The notes under the pieces are model-generated. The model saw nothing but the letters and a program-made list of their open reading frames with translations. It ran no database searches and was not told the DNA's origin. DNA of 64,000 nt from Zootoca vivipara (lineage: Eukaryota), in assembly GCF_963506605.1 (NCBI RefSeq), contig NC_083278.1:73718001-73782000 (forward strand), read 5' to 3'. Every line of letters begins with the position of its first letter. Position 1 is the first letter of the stretch. Of the stretch, positions 10,721 through 23,474 are shown piece by piece. Both the position numbers and the translations under genes were made by a program.

Positions 10721-11855
10721 GTGAAATGTGATGGTGGGGTTTTGGTCAATCAACCCAACAACATCAACTAGCTAAGTGTTTGGAATGTGCACAGGGCACA
10801 GAATCCCTCCAAGTTTGGAAACACAGTTGAAGTCCCATAAAGCTTCAAATTAAGAGTGGAGGGAGTAGCCCCCTCCCTCACATAAATCAATGTGAGGATA
10901 AAATGGGGAGAAAGAGAACCACCTTGAGCTTCTTGGAGAGAAGGTGGGATATACTGTAAATTTAATTAAAAACAAAACCCAGCAACGTGAGATTGTTGTT
11001 AAGGTCTCTCCTACATAATCTATAGCCAAGAACAAGCCTTTAGTTTTACCTTTCAGGAAGAATGCAAAGAAAATATTCACTTCTTTATCTTTTTTGAACA
11101 ACAGAGCCATGTGAAAATACAGACATGATTAGATATGTAGGTAGACAGACAAACATATGGATCACCCACTTATATCTATGGACTTGCATTCTAAGCTATT
11201 TGCCTTGCAGACATCTTAGCTAATTTAATATAACTTATTCCCATGGCCACACAATGGTGTGAAATATGGCAAATGGTGCAATGAGAGTATGAGACTCAGA
11301 TTTTGCGTGCAAAGGAGTCTGAAGGTCAGCGGTGGACATGGGAATTTCCCCTGCATCTGGACAAGTTACCAGTCCTAGGAAGCCTTACATGGTGGTTTTT
11401 GTGCTCTACTGTGTGCTGCCATGTGAAAAGATGCATGGAATCAGAAAATGTCATGTCACTTTGTGCTGACTCTGAGCTCCCCTGAATTAATGCAGCTTTG
11501 CTGAGCATATCTGTTGTGCATGACCAGCACTAAATATGGGACTGGTCCTGCCTGTACACTTCTCATGACCTCCCACAATGTCACTCTTCATTCCTGCTAA
11601 GAAAGGACATTCACAAAGGTTGACCACCCAGCGCTCTTGTTGACATTATCATGTGTAGTTCATATACATGGGTAGAGAAGGATTTTGAGTTTTATCTGGA
11701 TATAAACTTCAAACATCAATAAAATGAACTTAAAATGCAGCTAGGTTGTTCTTTTTCTCAATTCAGATTGAAGGTGGAAAAGCACATCAAAACACAGCAG
11801 TTCATGAGGAACAGTAGGATAGATACGGATTGTGGTTAATGTCATGTGTACACTA

Positions 11856-12191
11856 CAGTGGTACCTCGGTTTAAGTACACACTTGGTTCCGGAAGTCTGT
11901 ACTTAACCTGAAGCGTACTTAACCTGAAGCGAACTTTCCCATTGAAAGTAATGGAAAGTGGATTAATCTGTTCCAGATGGTCCGCGGAGTACTCAACCTG
12001 AAGTGTACTTAACCTGAACTATGAGCGTAATTGGTTCTGGAAGTCCGTACTTAACCTGAAGCGTACTTAACCTGAAGCGAACTTTCCCACTGAAAGTAAT
12101 GGAAAGTGGATTAATCCGTTCCAGACAGGTTCGCGGAGCACTTAAACTGAAAGTACTCAAACTGAAGCATACTTAAACCGAGGTATGACTT
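11856..12191. mobile_element. Tc1/mariner (Tigger/pogo-like) MITE with internal repeats
   Basis: TA|CAGTGGTACCTCGG ... CCGAGGTATGACTT|TA; internal gtacttaacctgaa repeats; shorter relative at 50462. Confidence 0.8.
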
Positions 12192-13169
12192 TACTCCCCA
12201 AATCAGTGGTGGGAGTGCCCTAGATGCAGAGTAAACGACTGTCCGTACACAACCCTGGGTTCACTTTGTGCCACATTTCCCCACAATTCTGCATCATCAA
12301 AAGATGACAATGAGAATCCAGAAATAGGATAATTGGCATTGCAACCAACTGTGCCACCCAGCAATCTAAAATGCGTGAAGAGTTATTTTCATTACCTCGC
12401 AAATATGGAATGCCCTTCTCTCTACCACCATCCTTCAGACATCTTGTAAGCATATAGCTTTTTGCTCAGGCTTCCCCTGACACATGAGATTGGACCCTGT
12501 CATTATGGAAGTCCTGCTTTCAGAATACTGGTATACTGGTTTTTGTTACACTGTTTTATTGTTTTCATGTTTTATTTTTGCATACAGTATAAAAAACCCC
12601 ATACAGTTTTAAGTCCAACCATTAAGTGGCTTAGAACTACTTCTATCCACTTACTCCCAACCACAAAATCATAACATATATGGTACCGCACAAGCTCAGC
12701 ACCTGATAAAGGGAATAAACAGCACTGGTACCGTAGCAGACAATAATATTAATCTTATTCTCTCGGTAGCCATACATGGCAAAAGCATGCCAGAAAACTG
12801 TTTAGATGGGCCTTCTAAGATGCACTCTTTGGAGAAGCGGAATTACTTTCATCCCCTTGCAAAAGCACATGATGTCTCTCCCCCCGCCCCCCAGTAACAC
12901 CATGAGACTTCCCCTGATATACCGGTACGTCTGTCCTTGGGAGATTTATTTCTGACTCATTCACTGTTTTTATGCTCTGCATGCATGAGGCTCTCTTATC
13001 TGATGGCTGGAATGAGCTGGAATGTTATTACAGAAGTATCACTGACTCAGTCGGGGAGTGGCTTCACTAATATTTCTCAATATTGGCCAAAGAGTCAAAA
13101 GGGTGAGGATATGGTAAATCCCATTCCACAGGAAAGGAGTCGACATTATCAGTTGCTTTTACAGTGTAC

Positions 13170-13250
13170 CTTTCTTGGCAGAAGATTGCTTTACAGATTA
13201 CATGTAGAGAGAGCTATCCATTTTCAGCGCAGGGTCTACTTGAAACCCGT
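13170..13250 (-). other. Candidate 81-nt non-coding (5'UTR) exon of the minus-strand gene
   Basis: Acceptor tgttctcacAG and donor AAG|GTACAC; contains uORF ATG GAT AGC TCT CTC TAC ATG TAA (13221..13198). Confidence 0.35.
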
Positions 13251-13633
13251 CTGTGAGAACATCAACAACAACAGGATTTGTAAGAAAAAGTCACAAGTAA
13301 CTTCTGAGAATGTGTGTAAAATATGCTTTTTAAAAACTTCTTTCTCCTAGTTTTTTAGTTCCAGGTGACCACAAACTGCAGACCACAGTATTTGCTTTTT
13401 TATTTTAGTTCACACAATACGGACATTGTAAAGAGGAGAAAGGGGTTTTGCATATAGATACAGGCAATGACTCTTTTGCACAGAGGATTGTTCTCCTGGC
13501 CCCCGTGCACATCAGTGGAGTGCGCATAAACCCCTTCTGCCCCTTCACACACTGCCCTGCCCCACTTTCCAGCCACTTCCAGCTTGAAGCAATGCAGACA
13601 TGCACAGTCACGAGTCAATTGGATGTTGGCTGT

Positions 13634-13732
13634 AGATATAGATATAGATACAGATACAGATACAGATACAGATACAGATACAGATACAGATACAGATACA
13701 GATACAGATACAGATACAGATACACACACACA
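13634..13732. repeat. (AGATAC)n hexamer microsatellite followed by (CA)n
   Basis: Direct reading. Confidence 0.95.
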
Positions 13733-13751
13733 TATGACCCAAACTACTGGG

Positions 13752-14091
13752 TCATAGGGTCATTTTCAAAAATGCATCCTCCCACCTCTATATATATATA
13801 CAGTTGTACCTTGGAAGTCGAACAGCTTAGTTCCCGAACGTTTTGGCTCCCGAACATTGCAAACCCAGAAGTGACTGTTCCGGTTTGCGAACTATTTTTG
13901 AAAGCCGAATGTCCCATGGGGCTTCTGCAGCTTCCGATTGGCTGCAGGAGCTTCTTGCAGCCAATCAAAAGCCACGCTTTGGTTTTTGAACATTTTAGAA
14001 GTCTAACGGACTTCCGGAACGGATTGTTTGACTTCCGAGGTTCGACTGTATATGGAGGTGGGAGGATGCATTTCTGAAAATGACCCTATGA
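13752..14091. repeat. 41-bp inverted repeat arms flanking a MITE
   Basis: 13752-13792 and 14051-14091 are reverse complements with 2 mismatches. Confidence 0.9.
13801..14048. mobile_element. Tc1/mariner-type MITE
   Basis: TA|CAGTTGTACCTTGGAAGTCGAAC ... GTTTGACTTCCGAGGTTCGACTG|TA. Confidence 0.8.
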
Positions 14092-14984
14092 TCATTGGAC
14101 ACCCTAGGCTACTGAATATGTAGAAAACCAATCAATTCCCACATTCACTTCTTCTTTAGACTTCTCCACTCGGCGCATGAAGGTGAGGTTGGAGACAGCG
14201 CACCCAGTGTGCAAGAATATTGGGGGGGGGGGGGTTGGCACATGTTCCCCTGCCCCCTACACATTCAGACCCTCGTGCTTAGGCTGAACAACTGAATAGG
14301 GCTTTTGTGGCTGGGTCACATAGGTGTGGTGTAGAGGGGTCTCTTCTCCCCACACCCTATTATGTTTCGGCTATCTACTTTCACATCTGGAAGTTGGTCT
14401 TGCACAGCATGACCTTTCCCCCACATTTAGCTGCTGGTAGTGGCATGATGGTTTTATAACTCACACTTGATCCACTGTTTTGTGAGCAGCAGCAGGTAAA
14501 TGATAGTTTAAGCCCTTACTAACTGGGGGTCAAACATTGCTGGGCTGCACTGTTCCAAAAACCTGGACTGTGTTTGTTTTATTCTGCCGTTTCTCTCCTG
14601 GTGCAGCCCTTCTTTTAAGCACGGAGGTCATCTTTCTTTCCTTGACACCTGCCAATTGCAACAGTGCTGCAGCTTAGATAACAACAGAAGAACAAGGAGC
14701 CTGGCTAATCTTTCCACTATTGGTGTCAACAGAAGGGCACTTCCAAATGTGATTAATTTCCCACACAGATGGTACTTCTGTGGGGGGGGGGGGAACATGC
14801 CAGCCACTTGTAAATCACCACATGCGACAAATGCACACATCTCTTTTGGGCTACTTAGTTTGGAAGTATGCAATTGCCAGGCATGATTTCCGACTGACAT
14901 GCTTTCCTACATTATTATGTGTTGTGTTTCTCTCCCACCTTTCTTTCAAGGAGTTTCCGGCATATAACGTTCACCCAACACCTT

Positions 14985-15085
14985 TGTTTTATTCTCACAA
15001 CACCCCAGTGAGGTAGGTTAGGCTGAGAGATGGCCCAAGGTCAACCCAGTGAGGAGGACCTGGACCTGGGTCTCTGTGCTCTCAT
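14985..15085 (-). mobile_element. MIR/Ther1-like SINE fragment
   Basis: ttattctcacaacaccccagtgaggtagg...gctgagaga..ggcccaaggtca core-like sequence. Confidence 0.45.
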
Positions 15086-15364
15086 CTGGCACATTCCCTA
15101 TGCTCTGCAGGTTCTCTGGCGTGCCATTTGCATGTTCTACTTGTCATGAAATGGAGCATGTTTGAAGTAAACTTGAGAGGTAGCATTTTTAGCTAATAAG
15201 AAAGCAGTTGTGGAATAGTTGTGGAAAGTCTCAGCCAACTGTCACCTATGCAGCACGCTTAGGGAAGGCCTGCTGTCTGCCACAGTTTTTAGGGATGTAG
15301 GGAGCTATGCACAATACACAGAAGTGCGCATGAGAAGATCTTGGCCACCTCAGGCCGTTGATTT

Positions 15365-15775
15365 TAGATATCATAAAGTGTCTGGAAACCAAGCCTCATG
15401 AGGAACAGTTGAGGGAGTTGGGTATGTTTATCTTGGTAAAGAGGGGTCTGAGAGGAGATATGATAGCCATCTTCAATTATCTCAAGGGCTTCCACATGGA
15501 AGATGGAGCAAGCTTGTTTTCTCCTGCTCTGGAGAGTAGGACCCAAACCAATGAATTCAAGTTACAAGAAAGAAGGTTTTGACTAAGCATCAGGAAGGAA
15601 GGACCTTCTGGTGTCTCCCAGGAGGTGGTGGGCTCTCCTTACTTGGAGGTTTTAAAGCAGAAGTTGGATGGCCATCTGCCACGAATCCTTTAGTTGAGAT
15701 TTCTGCATCACAGTGGGATGGATTACATGGGCCCCAGGATCCCTTCCAACTCTGCAATTCTTTGATTCTATGAAT
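15365..15775 (+). mobile_element. Older CR1 LINE 3' fragment
   Basis: EEQLRELGMF..KRGLRGDMIAIFNYLKG; tail cccttccaactctgcaattctttgattctatga. Confidence 0.85.
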
Positions 15776-16254
15776 TTATGATAGCTGTATTTTTACTGCC
15801 AGTGAGGGGGCAGACACTTTTGGGATTTTCTACCCTGGAGCAAAATACTTTGACCAACCTGGATACGATGCACTTTGACTTGCTGTTCCACCTCAAGCAA
15901 TAAAATCTCTTGTACCAACCTGGAAATGTCTGTGTTGTGTCATCAGAGCTTTCCACCAACATTATTGTGTCTTGCTAATTGTCTAACTGTATGTTACCTT
16001 TCCAGTCCATTGTTTCTGAGTAGGGCATGCATGTTTCTACAGAAATTTTAATTAAAAGGAAACTAAGGGACATTAACAATCGAAACCTGTCATTGACTTT
16101 TGCTTTATTTTGGTTCATTAACTTGTCATCAACACAACTTTCAGTTGGGCTAAGAGCTGGGGAGAACCATTGTTTCACAAATGGAAGATCATTCCAGATT
16201 GAACCACCCAAAGGATGTCAATAGCCTTTGCAGCAAAGGTCATATTTTAGCATT

Positions 16255-16325
16255 TGTTTGCTAGTAAGCATGTAATATGTTTGCTAGTAAGCATGTTTGC
16301 TAGTAAGCATGTTTGCTAGTAAGCT
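16255..16325. repeat. Minisatellite, about 4 copies of 16-bp TGTTTGCTAGTAAGCA
   Basis: Direct reading. Confidence 0.85.
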
Positions 16326-16396
16326 AGTAATATTTAGACCTGTGCTCTTTAGATGTAGCAGCACAAGTCGTTTCTATTAGGCAGGAAAGGAACTTA

Positions 16397-16548
16397 GGGA
16401 CCTGGAATAGCTCAGTTAGTAGAGCATGAGACTCTTAATCTCAGGGTCGTGGGTTGGAGCCCCATGTTGGGAACAAAGATTCCTGCATTACTGGGAGTTG
16501 GGCTAGATGATGGTCATGGTCCCTTCCAACTCAACAATTCTGTTCTGT
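16397..16548 (+). mobile_element. tRNA-Lys(CTT)-derived SINE with CR1-type 3' tail
   Basis: Head tagctcagttagtagagcatgagactcttaatctcagggtcgtgggttggagccccatgttggg resembles tRNA-Lys(CTT); tail gggttgggctagatgat..ggtcccttccaactc. Confidence 0.8.
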
Positions 16549-16577
16549 TCTGATCAGGATAGAGAAAGCAGAATTGA

Positions 16578-16732
16578 GGGAAGGGCTGTAGCTCAATAGC
16601 AGAGCCCCAGTTGGATCACTGGCATCTCCAGGTGGGGCTGTCTGAAACCCTGGAGAGCCACTGCCAATCAATGCAGACTGACTCCATTGGATTAATGGTC
16701 TAACTCTGTACAAGGCAGCTTCCTACATTCCT
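16578..16732 (+). mobile_element. tRNA-derived SINE (Squam3-like), degenerate
   Basis: gggaagggctgtagctca..ggcatctccagg..gaaaccctggagagcc..aaggcagcttccta; relatives at ~28765 (+) and ~30495 (-). Confidence 0.55.
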
Positions 16733-17597
16733 CTCTCTGGTAGAATATTTGTATTGATTTCTTCTTATCAGATAACATTGCCTTGAACTCCACAATGCAA
16801 ATACCTCTGCTTTGCTCTGAGTGCAGGTGGAGGTTAGGGTTATATTTATTTCTGTACTCAGGCTTAAGAACTCTCACTAAGTTTTGTGAAGTCACAAATT
16901 TGCAGGCACCTACTACCCTGCCCAGCCAAAACCGGAATTTATAGAACTAAACAATTCAAGTGTGTGCTTTTGGATAGCTTCCAGCATCACCGAGATAGAT
17001 CGTAAGCCTAATATCTTTCCCTGCCAAATACAGGAGCGAGATAAGCTGCAAGCTAAATTGAAAACTCCACTTAGGCAGCTTGAAGGCTCAATATAAATGC
17101 TTTTGACATTCCTACACATATGTTGGATTACTCCCAGTTAGCCCTTGACTTTCAGAACTGGCACATGAACAACCAGAGCTCATGCATCATTTGGACCCCA
17201 AAGAAACATTTCAGACAGCTAAACAATGCATGTGCATTATGAGGCACTGGATATTGTCAGTCAGGAGGGTTAGTGGAATCATAGAAGTCATTATAAGTAA
17301 GCCATACTGCCCTGGCAACTTTCTGCATTTCATTAAATCTTTTAGAATTGATTGACTATGACAGCAATCCTTCACACAGCTAAGGCTGCTTAAATCCTAT
17401 TGGATTCCTGCCTAAATGTCTGCAAGAATGCAATGCATAAGGTTGCAAATGAGCTGAATGAAATCTTGCCCATTCCTGCACAGTAGGACTTTTTGAAAGA
17501 AGTAGAGCATGGATAGCCATTAATTTATTTAATATGCAAATACATTTCCCAAAGGCCCAGTGTGAGTAGCAACATTTTACCTTCTAAGAATCTTGCA

Positions 17598-17599
<2 letters not shown>

Positions 17600-17630
<31 letters not shown>
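17600..17630. repeat. (GT)n microsatellite
   Basis: Direct reading. Confidence 0.95.
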
Positions 17631-17633
<3 letters not shown>

Positions 17634-17834
17634 AGCTACGAAACTAAAACTGAGGAAAAAGTAACACTGCAATCCTGCCATGCTTACTTGGGAGTAAATT
17701 CCACTGAAATCAGCAGAACAGTTAAAGCTAAATGTGTGGGTGTGAGGTTTTAGGGCTAATTTAATGTGATCAATCTGGAGCACTGTCAATGTGGGTTATA
17801 TTGTATGCATCAAGGCTGAGTCTGATATCCCCTG

Positions 17835-18485
17835 ACACACCATACATTTAAAGCGTATGGTGTCACTTTAAACAATCATGGCTTCCCACAAAGAATTCTG
17901 GGAACTGTAGTTTGTTCAGGGTACTGAGCGTTGATAGAGCCCCCTATTCCCCTTACAGAGCTACAGTTCTCAGATCAAGGCCGTCTTAAGGGTATCCAGC
18001 GGCGTGGTGCAAAATCCCTCCTGGCACCCCCCTCCCAGCTTGCTAGGCGCCGTTGGAACGGCGGCTAGCAAGCCTGCTGTTGCGAGGGGCCGTGGCGGGA
18101 ACAGCGCACAGTGGAGGATACAGTCGACCGCCCCCTGCAAGTGCAACAGAGGAGGGGCAGCGGCAGAGCTAGGCTGCTTCAGCAGCAGCGCCTCGCTCAC
18201 CACCTCGAACATGAGCAGAGCACGGGGCTGCTGGGCGCCCCAGCCCAGCGCCCCTGATGGGGAGGCGCTGTGGCGCACCGCGCCACTAAGCCAAATGGAA
18301 AGGACGGCTCAGATTTCCCTGTGAAGAGGTATTAATTGTTAAACCATTCTGGGAATTGTAGCTGTGTCGTGGAAATAGGGGTCTTCTAACAACTCTCAGC
18401 CCTCTTAACACATTCCCAGGATTCTTTAGGGGAAGCCATGACTGTTTAAAGAGGCATTATATTGCTTTGAATGTACAGTGTGAAT
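17835..18485. mobile_element. Palindromic GGGAACTGTAGTTT-family element interrupted by a hAT MITE
   Basis: Arms tttaaacaatcatggcttccc..gaattctgggaa / ttcccaggattc..gggaagccatgactgtttaaa. Confidence 0.65.
17976..18308. mobile_element. GC-rich hAT-like MITE (nested)
   Basis: CAAGGCCGTCTTAAG ... AAGGACGGC; tcagat repeated on both sides; related to 35939..36100. Confidence 0.6.
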
Positions 18486-18589
18486 GCAGTCATATAGTCT
18501 TGTAATTTTGCCAGCAAGCATCCGAACAAAAACAAAAAATCCTATCTATGGCTTCCCCGGAGAGAAGCCAACCATAGCTTGAATTAAGA

Positions 18590-18590
<1 letters not shown>

Positions 18591-18639
<49 letters not shown>

Positions 18640-19026
18640 TTATTTGTATCCCGCCCATCTGGCTGGGTCTCCCCAGCCACTCTGGGCGGCTTCCAGCAAA
18701 GATTAAAATACAATAAAATGTCACAAATTAACACCTTCCCTAAACAGGCCTGCCTTCAGATGTTTTCTAAATGTCAGGTAGTTGTTTATCTCTTTGACCT
18801 CTGATGGGAGGGCATTCCACAGGGCGGGCACTACTACTGAGAAGGCCCTCTGCCTGGTTCCCTGTAACGTTGCTTCTCATAGTGAGGGAACCGCCAGAAG
18901 GCCCTCGGCGCTGGACCTCAGTGTCCGGGCAGAACGATGGGGGTGGAGATGCTCCTTCAGGTATACTGGGCCGAGGCCGTTTAGGGCTTTAAAGGTCAGC
19001 ACCAACACTTTGAATTGTGCTCGCAA
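18591..19026 (-). mobile_element. L2 LINE 3' fragment with (TTA)n tail
   Basis: RAQFKVLVLTFKALNGLGPVYLKEHL; (AAT)n at 18591-18638. Confidence 0.9.
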
Positions 19027-20057
19027 TTTGTATTTGCAAAAGAAGTCTCGTGACCAGTTAAGCATATGCCAGACTGAAGCAAACAATCAAGTTCAACCCA
19101 AATTCACATTCAGCCATTTGCATCATGAGGGTGGCCTTAAAATAGCAAATGAATGGTTGAGCACAAACCTTGTTAGGTGGTGGAATGTAGGTGGTCATCC
19201 TCGTAGTTAGCTGGTGATGGAGAAACAGATGCCACCTTCTTCTAGGAACAGGATATTTTCTGTAGTGGTCAGTGGAATCATGGGAGATGCACTTCGCTGA
19301 CCCATTTAGGATGGGCCAGGAAAACATACATTTCATCTAGGCAGTGAGGTGAACTGGAAAAAGTGCATAGAACATTAATGTTGTGGCAGCTCTTCAGGGA
19401 CTAGGTAAACTCTACAAATTTTTTATTTTATTTTTTGTGTAGGCAAGAACTCCCCAAGTCCTTGGGTGGAAGGTTTTCTGCAAGATTTCCTGCAGGGATT
19501 CCCCCCCCCCGGCTAGGACACATTTAAAGCAACAACTGTTACACTGAAATTTGGGGTAGAATCTATAGCTTACATTGAGTGTGTGGAATGAGAATGATCA
19601 GAAAGTTGCATGAGACCTTAGGCATATGTACATGCATCTGTGTGTACTGTTCACTTGCACGGTCTATTCCCTTTTTGGTGACAGAAAGATCCTGTGCAGA
19701 GGTATATGTGTCTATATGCTGTGCCACACATGAACATGGGCCATACAGAGCTGGACATGGGTTACCACCCTTGCTTGGGCACAGAACCATCTAACAGATT
19801 CCTGAACCTGATCCCATGTCTTGAGAGTTCTTCCTTCAGGAAAAAGAGATGCTTAAGGAATCATCTTGGTACGAAGGGAGCTACCTCTTTCTGCAGCCCG
19901 TGGCTCCAGTTCTGCTGGAGGGCAGACCAAGGGGATCGTCCACACTTTCCCCCTGAAAAACACACCCTTCACCACTGAATCAGAACAAACCTCAACCCAT
20001 GGAAAACCCGATTGCCATTTGTCCCAATTAAGTGGTAAACCATGGGTTTTTCTAGAG

Positions 20058-20060
<3 letters not shown>

Positions 20061-20095
<35 letters not shown>

Positions 20096-20119
20096 CACGC
20101 ACACACACACACACACACA
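20061..20119. repeat. (CA)n microsatellite
   Basis: Direct reading. Confidence 0.95.
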
Positions 20120-21910
20120 AATTTCTAGAGGGAAGCAAATGGAGGTGTGTGGCCACAGCTGTTCTAGACAGTGGAGCATCACAGCGATATTTCCAAGGCT
20201 ATACCTTTCAAGTACATTTGAAGCACATTTCTCCCCTGAAAGAGTTTTGGGCACTGTAGTTTATTCCTCACAGAGATACAATCCCCAGGTGTTGCCTGGG
20301 AAGAGGGATTTAGTTGTTAAGCCACTTTGGGAATTGCAGCTCTGAGAGGGAAATAGGGGTCTCTGGAGCAACTTTTTAGCGCCCTTATCAAACTACACTA
20401 GATTTGAGCTACTATTTGATGGTGGCTCCCTCTGACTGTAAAAATCACAAGGTTTTATGTCTTGCTTCTGTGTAAAAGAGAGTTTCATCAGGTGTGCCCT
20501 GAATGGCTCTTCCCTTTTTACCTTCTGGGATACCCCCCACAGCTGCTCTTTATAGAATCCTATGAGCACATTGTACATGCATGTGGCTTCTGTGTGGCTG
20601 GGATGTAGCCTACAGTACTAGCCACAAGTGTTAGTCCGTTATTCCAGAATACCAGCCAAATGGTGCTGCTGTCATGCGGCGACATGCCAAAATAACTGAA
20701 AACCCCCAGCAACTGTTCCACTATAAATGGTAAGTGCATTAAGACCCCAGGTAAAGAGCTTGTTAAAAGCCATTTAAATGTCTGTTTTGTTTGGAGACTG
20801 GATGAATGTTGTTTGTTCCAGGCATTAAAAACCACTTCATGGTCAATACAACAGGGACCTATGAAGCAGGGGAAAGGCTATAAACCCTCAGTGTGACATG
20901 GAAAAGGTTCACTGAAACTGACAGCTCAAAGGAATACACAACATCAGTATCTGCTACTGTTTGCCATAGAGATCAAAGGGAGGCTTGAACTCTTGACCTG
21001 GTGGAATGTGGGCTGGGAATTCCCTAACTCCATAATGTTCAGCCGAGATTGAAAATCCATGACAGCGCTGTGTGTTGTTTCTCTCAAACCACCATTGCTG
21101 GCTCGGCTTTTTCAGTTATAACGACGGCAGCATTAGTCTGGTCCAGGGTGAAACTGGAGATAGTACCTTGCTGTTTGGGCCCCCCAAAAGATGTGACAAT
21201 ATTCACACAGTCAGCAATGGCATGGCTCATTTTAGAAGCAAATAGCAGCCACAGGGTGTTTGTGGTGTGTGGGTGTGGATGTAGGTGCGGGTGCGGGAGA
21301 GAGTCAGATCAGAACTGTGGTCCAGTTTAATTCTTTGCCGCTGCTGGGGTCCAAACCCAGATTCCTCACTTCCCCCATGGCTTGGGATTTTTTTCTCCAG
21401 ATGCAAATAGCAGCTGGGTGGGGGGTAAGGAATCCATGCCATCACTAGATATGTGAATCGCATTGGCCCTCAGTCCTCTTTGTGTGTGTGTAATTATAGG
21501 TGTAATGCCCTTTAAAATCCTTGTCTCAAAAAGCAGCTTTGCAGTCCCTAGCTGGCAGAAAACAGTTGGAACTTGATTGTCTGAGATGGTCAAATGATTA
21601 ATAGACTCCGCAGTCACCAGTTGTTGAACAAGCTGGGTTTTCTAGTTTGCCAGCAGCGGCTGATATCCAAAGATCCCGCTGGGTCAACAGAAGGCATCTC
21701 TGCTTGTACAGCGGTGTTGCTGGTTTCCTCCCTCCCTCCTGCACTGACCCTCTTGCTGCCTGGAAAGCAATTCTGGACACCCCCAATAGGGATTTCAGGG
21801 CTCACAGGGGACATACAGAAGGGGACAACATTGTGCTGTTGTTTTACAAACAACAAAGGGGGTTCGGTCCCCTTCCAGTTGTATAGTGGAATATTTGGAT
21901 TAAGTCAATG

Positions 21911-22486
21911 TGTGGAAACAGGATATCCACAATAGATGGAACTCTTTTAGGCAACTGTCATGGACTGGCTGGTTGAAGAGATGCTGTGGGAGGCACCAGC
22001 TGGAGAACCCCCAAGGAAACCCCCAGCGGAAGAAGATGCAAAACCAGGGGACTGGTGGTGGAGTGGTGATGAGTGGTCAGAGGGAGAAGAGGAAGCAGAC
22101 TGGGAGAAGGAGGTGTCGGAAGCTGAACAGGCAAAAAGGGTTTAGTGAGAAGGAAGAAGCTGGGGCAGAAAGCAGTCCTGATGCAGAGGCTGGAAGTGGG
22201 GGGCAGGAGACAGGGATGAGGCAGGCTGCTAAAGAATCCAGGGAGTCTCCCTCTCTTGCTGTGACCAGCTCTCCCCGCCTAGTCTCTTAGAACATGCAGA
22301 GAAATGAAAAGAGCAGAAGATTGGTTGCACGCAGATGCAGTCCCTGATTGCTTGGGGGGGGGGACCTGGAGAGGAGGGAAAATATCCTTTGCCAAAGCAA
22401 CAGTACTGGCAATAGCTTGTTTTTTCACCCCTCAAACAAATGGTCAGAAAGGGATTAGTCTGGGTGTGTGTGCAAACATATTCACA
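21911..22486. mobile_element. Solo LTR (Gypsy-like), 576 bp
   Basis: TGTGGA...TTCACA termini; 4-bp TSD AATG (21907-21910, 22487-22490). Confidence 0.55.
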
Positions 22487-23474
22487 AATGATTGCTCCCT
22501 CTTTTAGCTCATCTCTGCTCTCCGTTAAAGAAACCTTGTGCCACTCATAGTAAAATAATAGGTTTGAGACTCAAGTATATTTCTGCATTAGTTGTTACTT
22601 TGGACCTGCAGATTTTTGCAACATCCTTCAAAACTGCATTTTGTATCTCCCCCCCCCCAAAAAAGTAAAAATAGCCATATTCATAGTATTACGGTAGTAT
22701 CCATGAGGTCCTTTACAGCACTATTTGTAAGGTATAACACACCCTTCAGTTAATAACTAGTTCAAAAAGTAGCTTTTCGTGGTTGTAAGCTTATCACAAA
22801 GTCATATTTTATTGTTGTGACATACCAATGAGCAGCCTCTCTGAAATGTGAGGGAGACAACAAAAGAGAAACTTTTGAAAGGTGCAAATGGAGAAAAGGT
22901 TTTGCTCTAAGTGTAAGGAGCTCTTTTAGATTGAAATATGGGTCAAATCTCTACATTAGCCATAACAGTCTTGTGGGCTGCAGAGGTTTGGTTTCCTGGT
23001 GGATTTTGACTTGTGAATGTTGATGTTACATTTTAGAAGCAACTTCAACTGCACAGCTGCTACCTGGAGTCCCGCATGAAATGATAAAATGAAACCAGAA
23101 AAGAGATGACAGGAAGATGGTACAAGGTCAACATATCTTCCTCCCATAGAGGCTTGTTGCTTGCTTTCTCTGCTATGGAGCAGATGTTCCTCTATCTCTT
23201 TTTAAAAACTTTATTTCCTCTTTTATTGCTGCATCGAAGCAACTGTACTATTAATAGCAATCTGCAATAAGGGATTGAGCAGGCACTCTGCTAACTCCAA
23301 GCATCCAGAGGCCCATTGCTGATCCAGTCTTTGCTTGTAACACAAACAGTGTGAGGGCAACTGGGCTCTTGCTCACCCCTCTCCCCTGCAGCTGAACTCC
23401 AAGACCAGAAATGCGGCCAACTTAAGGGTGAAACAGAATGGCTAGGGGAGACATTTATACAGAAGAATTGGTGG

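Noticed and set aside
11856-12191. CRISPR-like repeat array
   Set aside because: Irregular internal repeats of a TA-flanked MITE in a eukaryote; no unique spacers and no cas genes
13448-14077. 209-aa ORF with an RY repeat
   Set aside because: Artefact of the (AGATAC)n satellite plus a MITE; non-ATG start and no domain
16400-16472. Functional tRNA-Lys gene
   Set aside because: Mutated B-box (GGTTGGAGCC) and acceptor stem, no oligo-T terminator, and it continues into a CR1-like tail, so it is a SINE head
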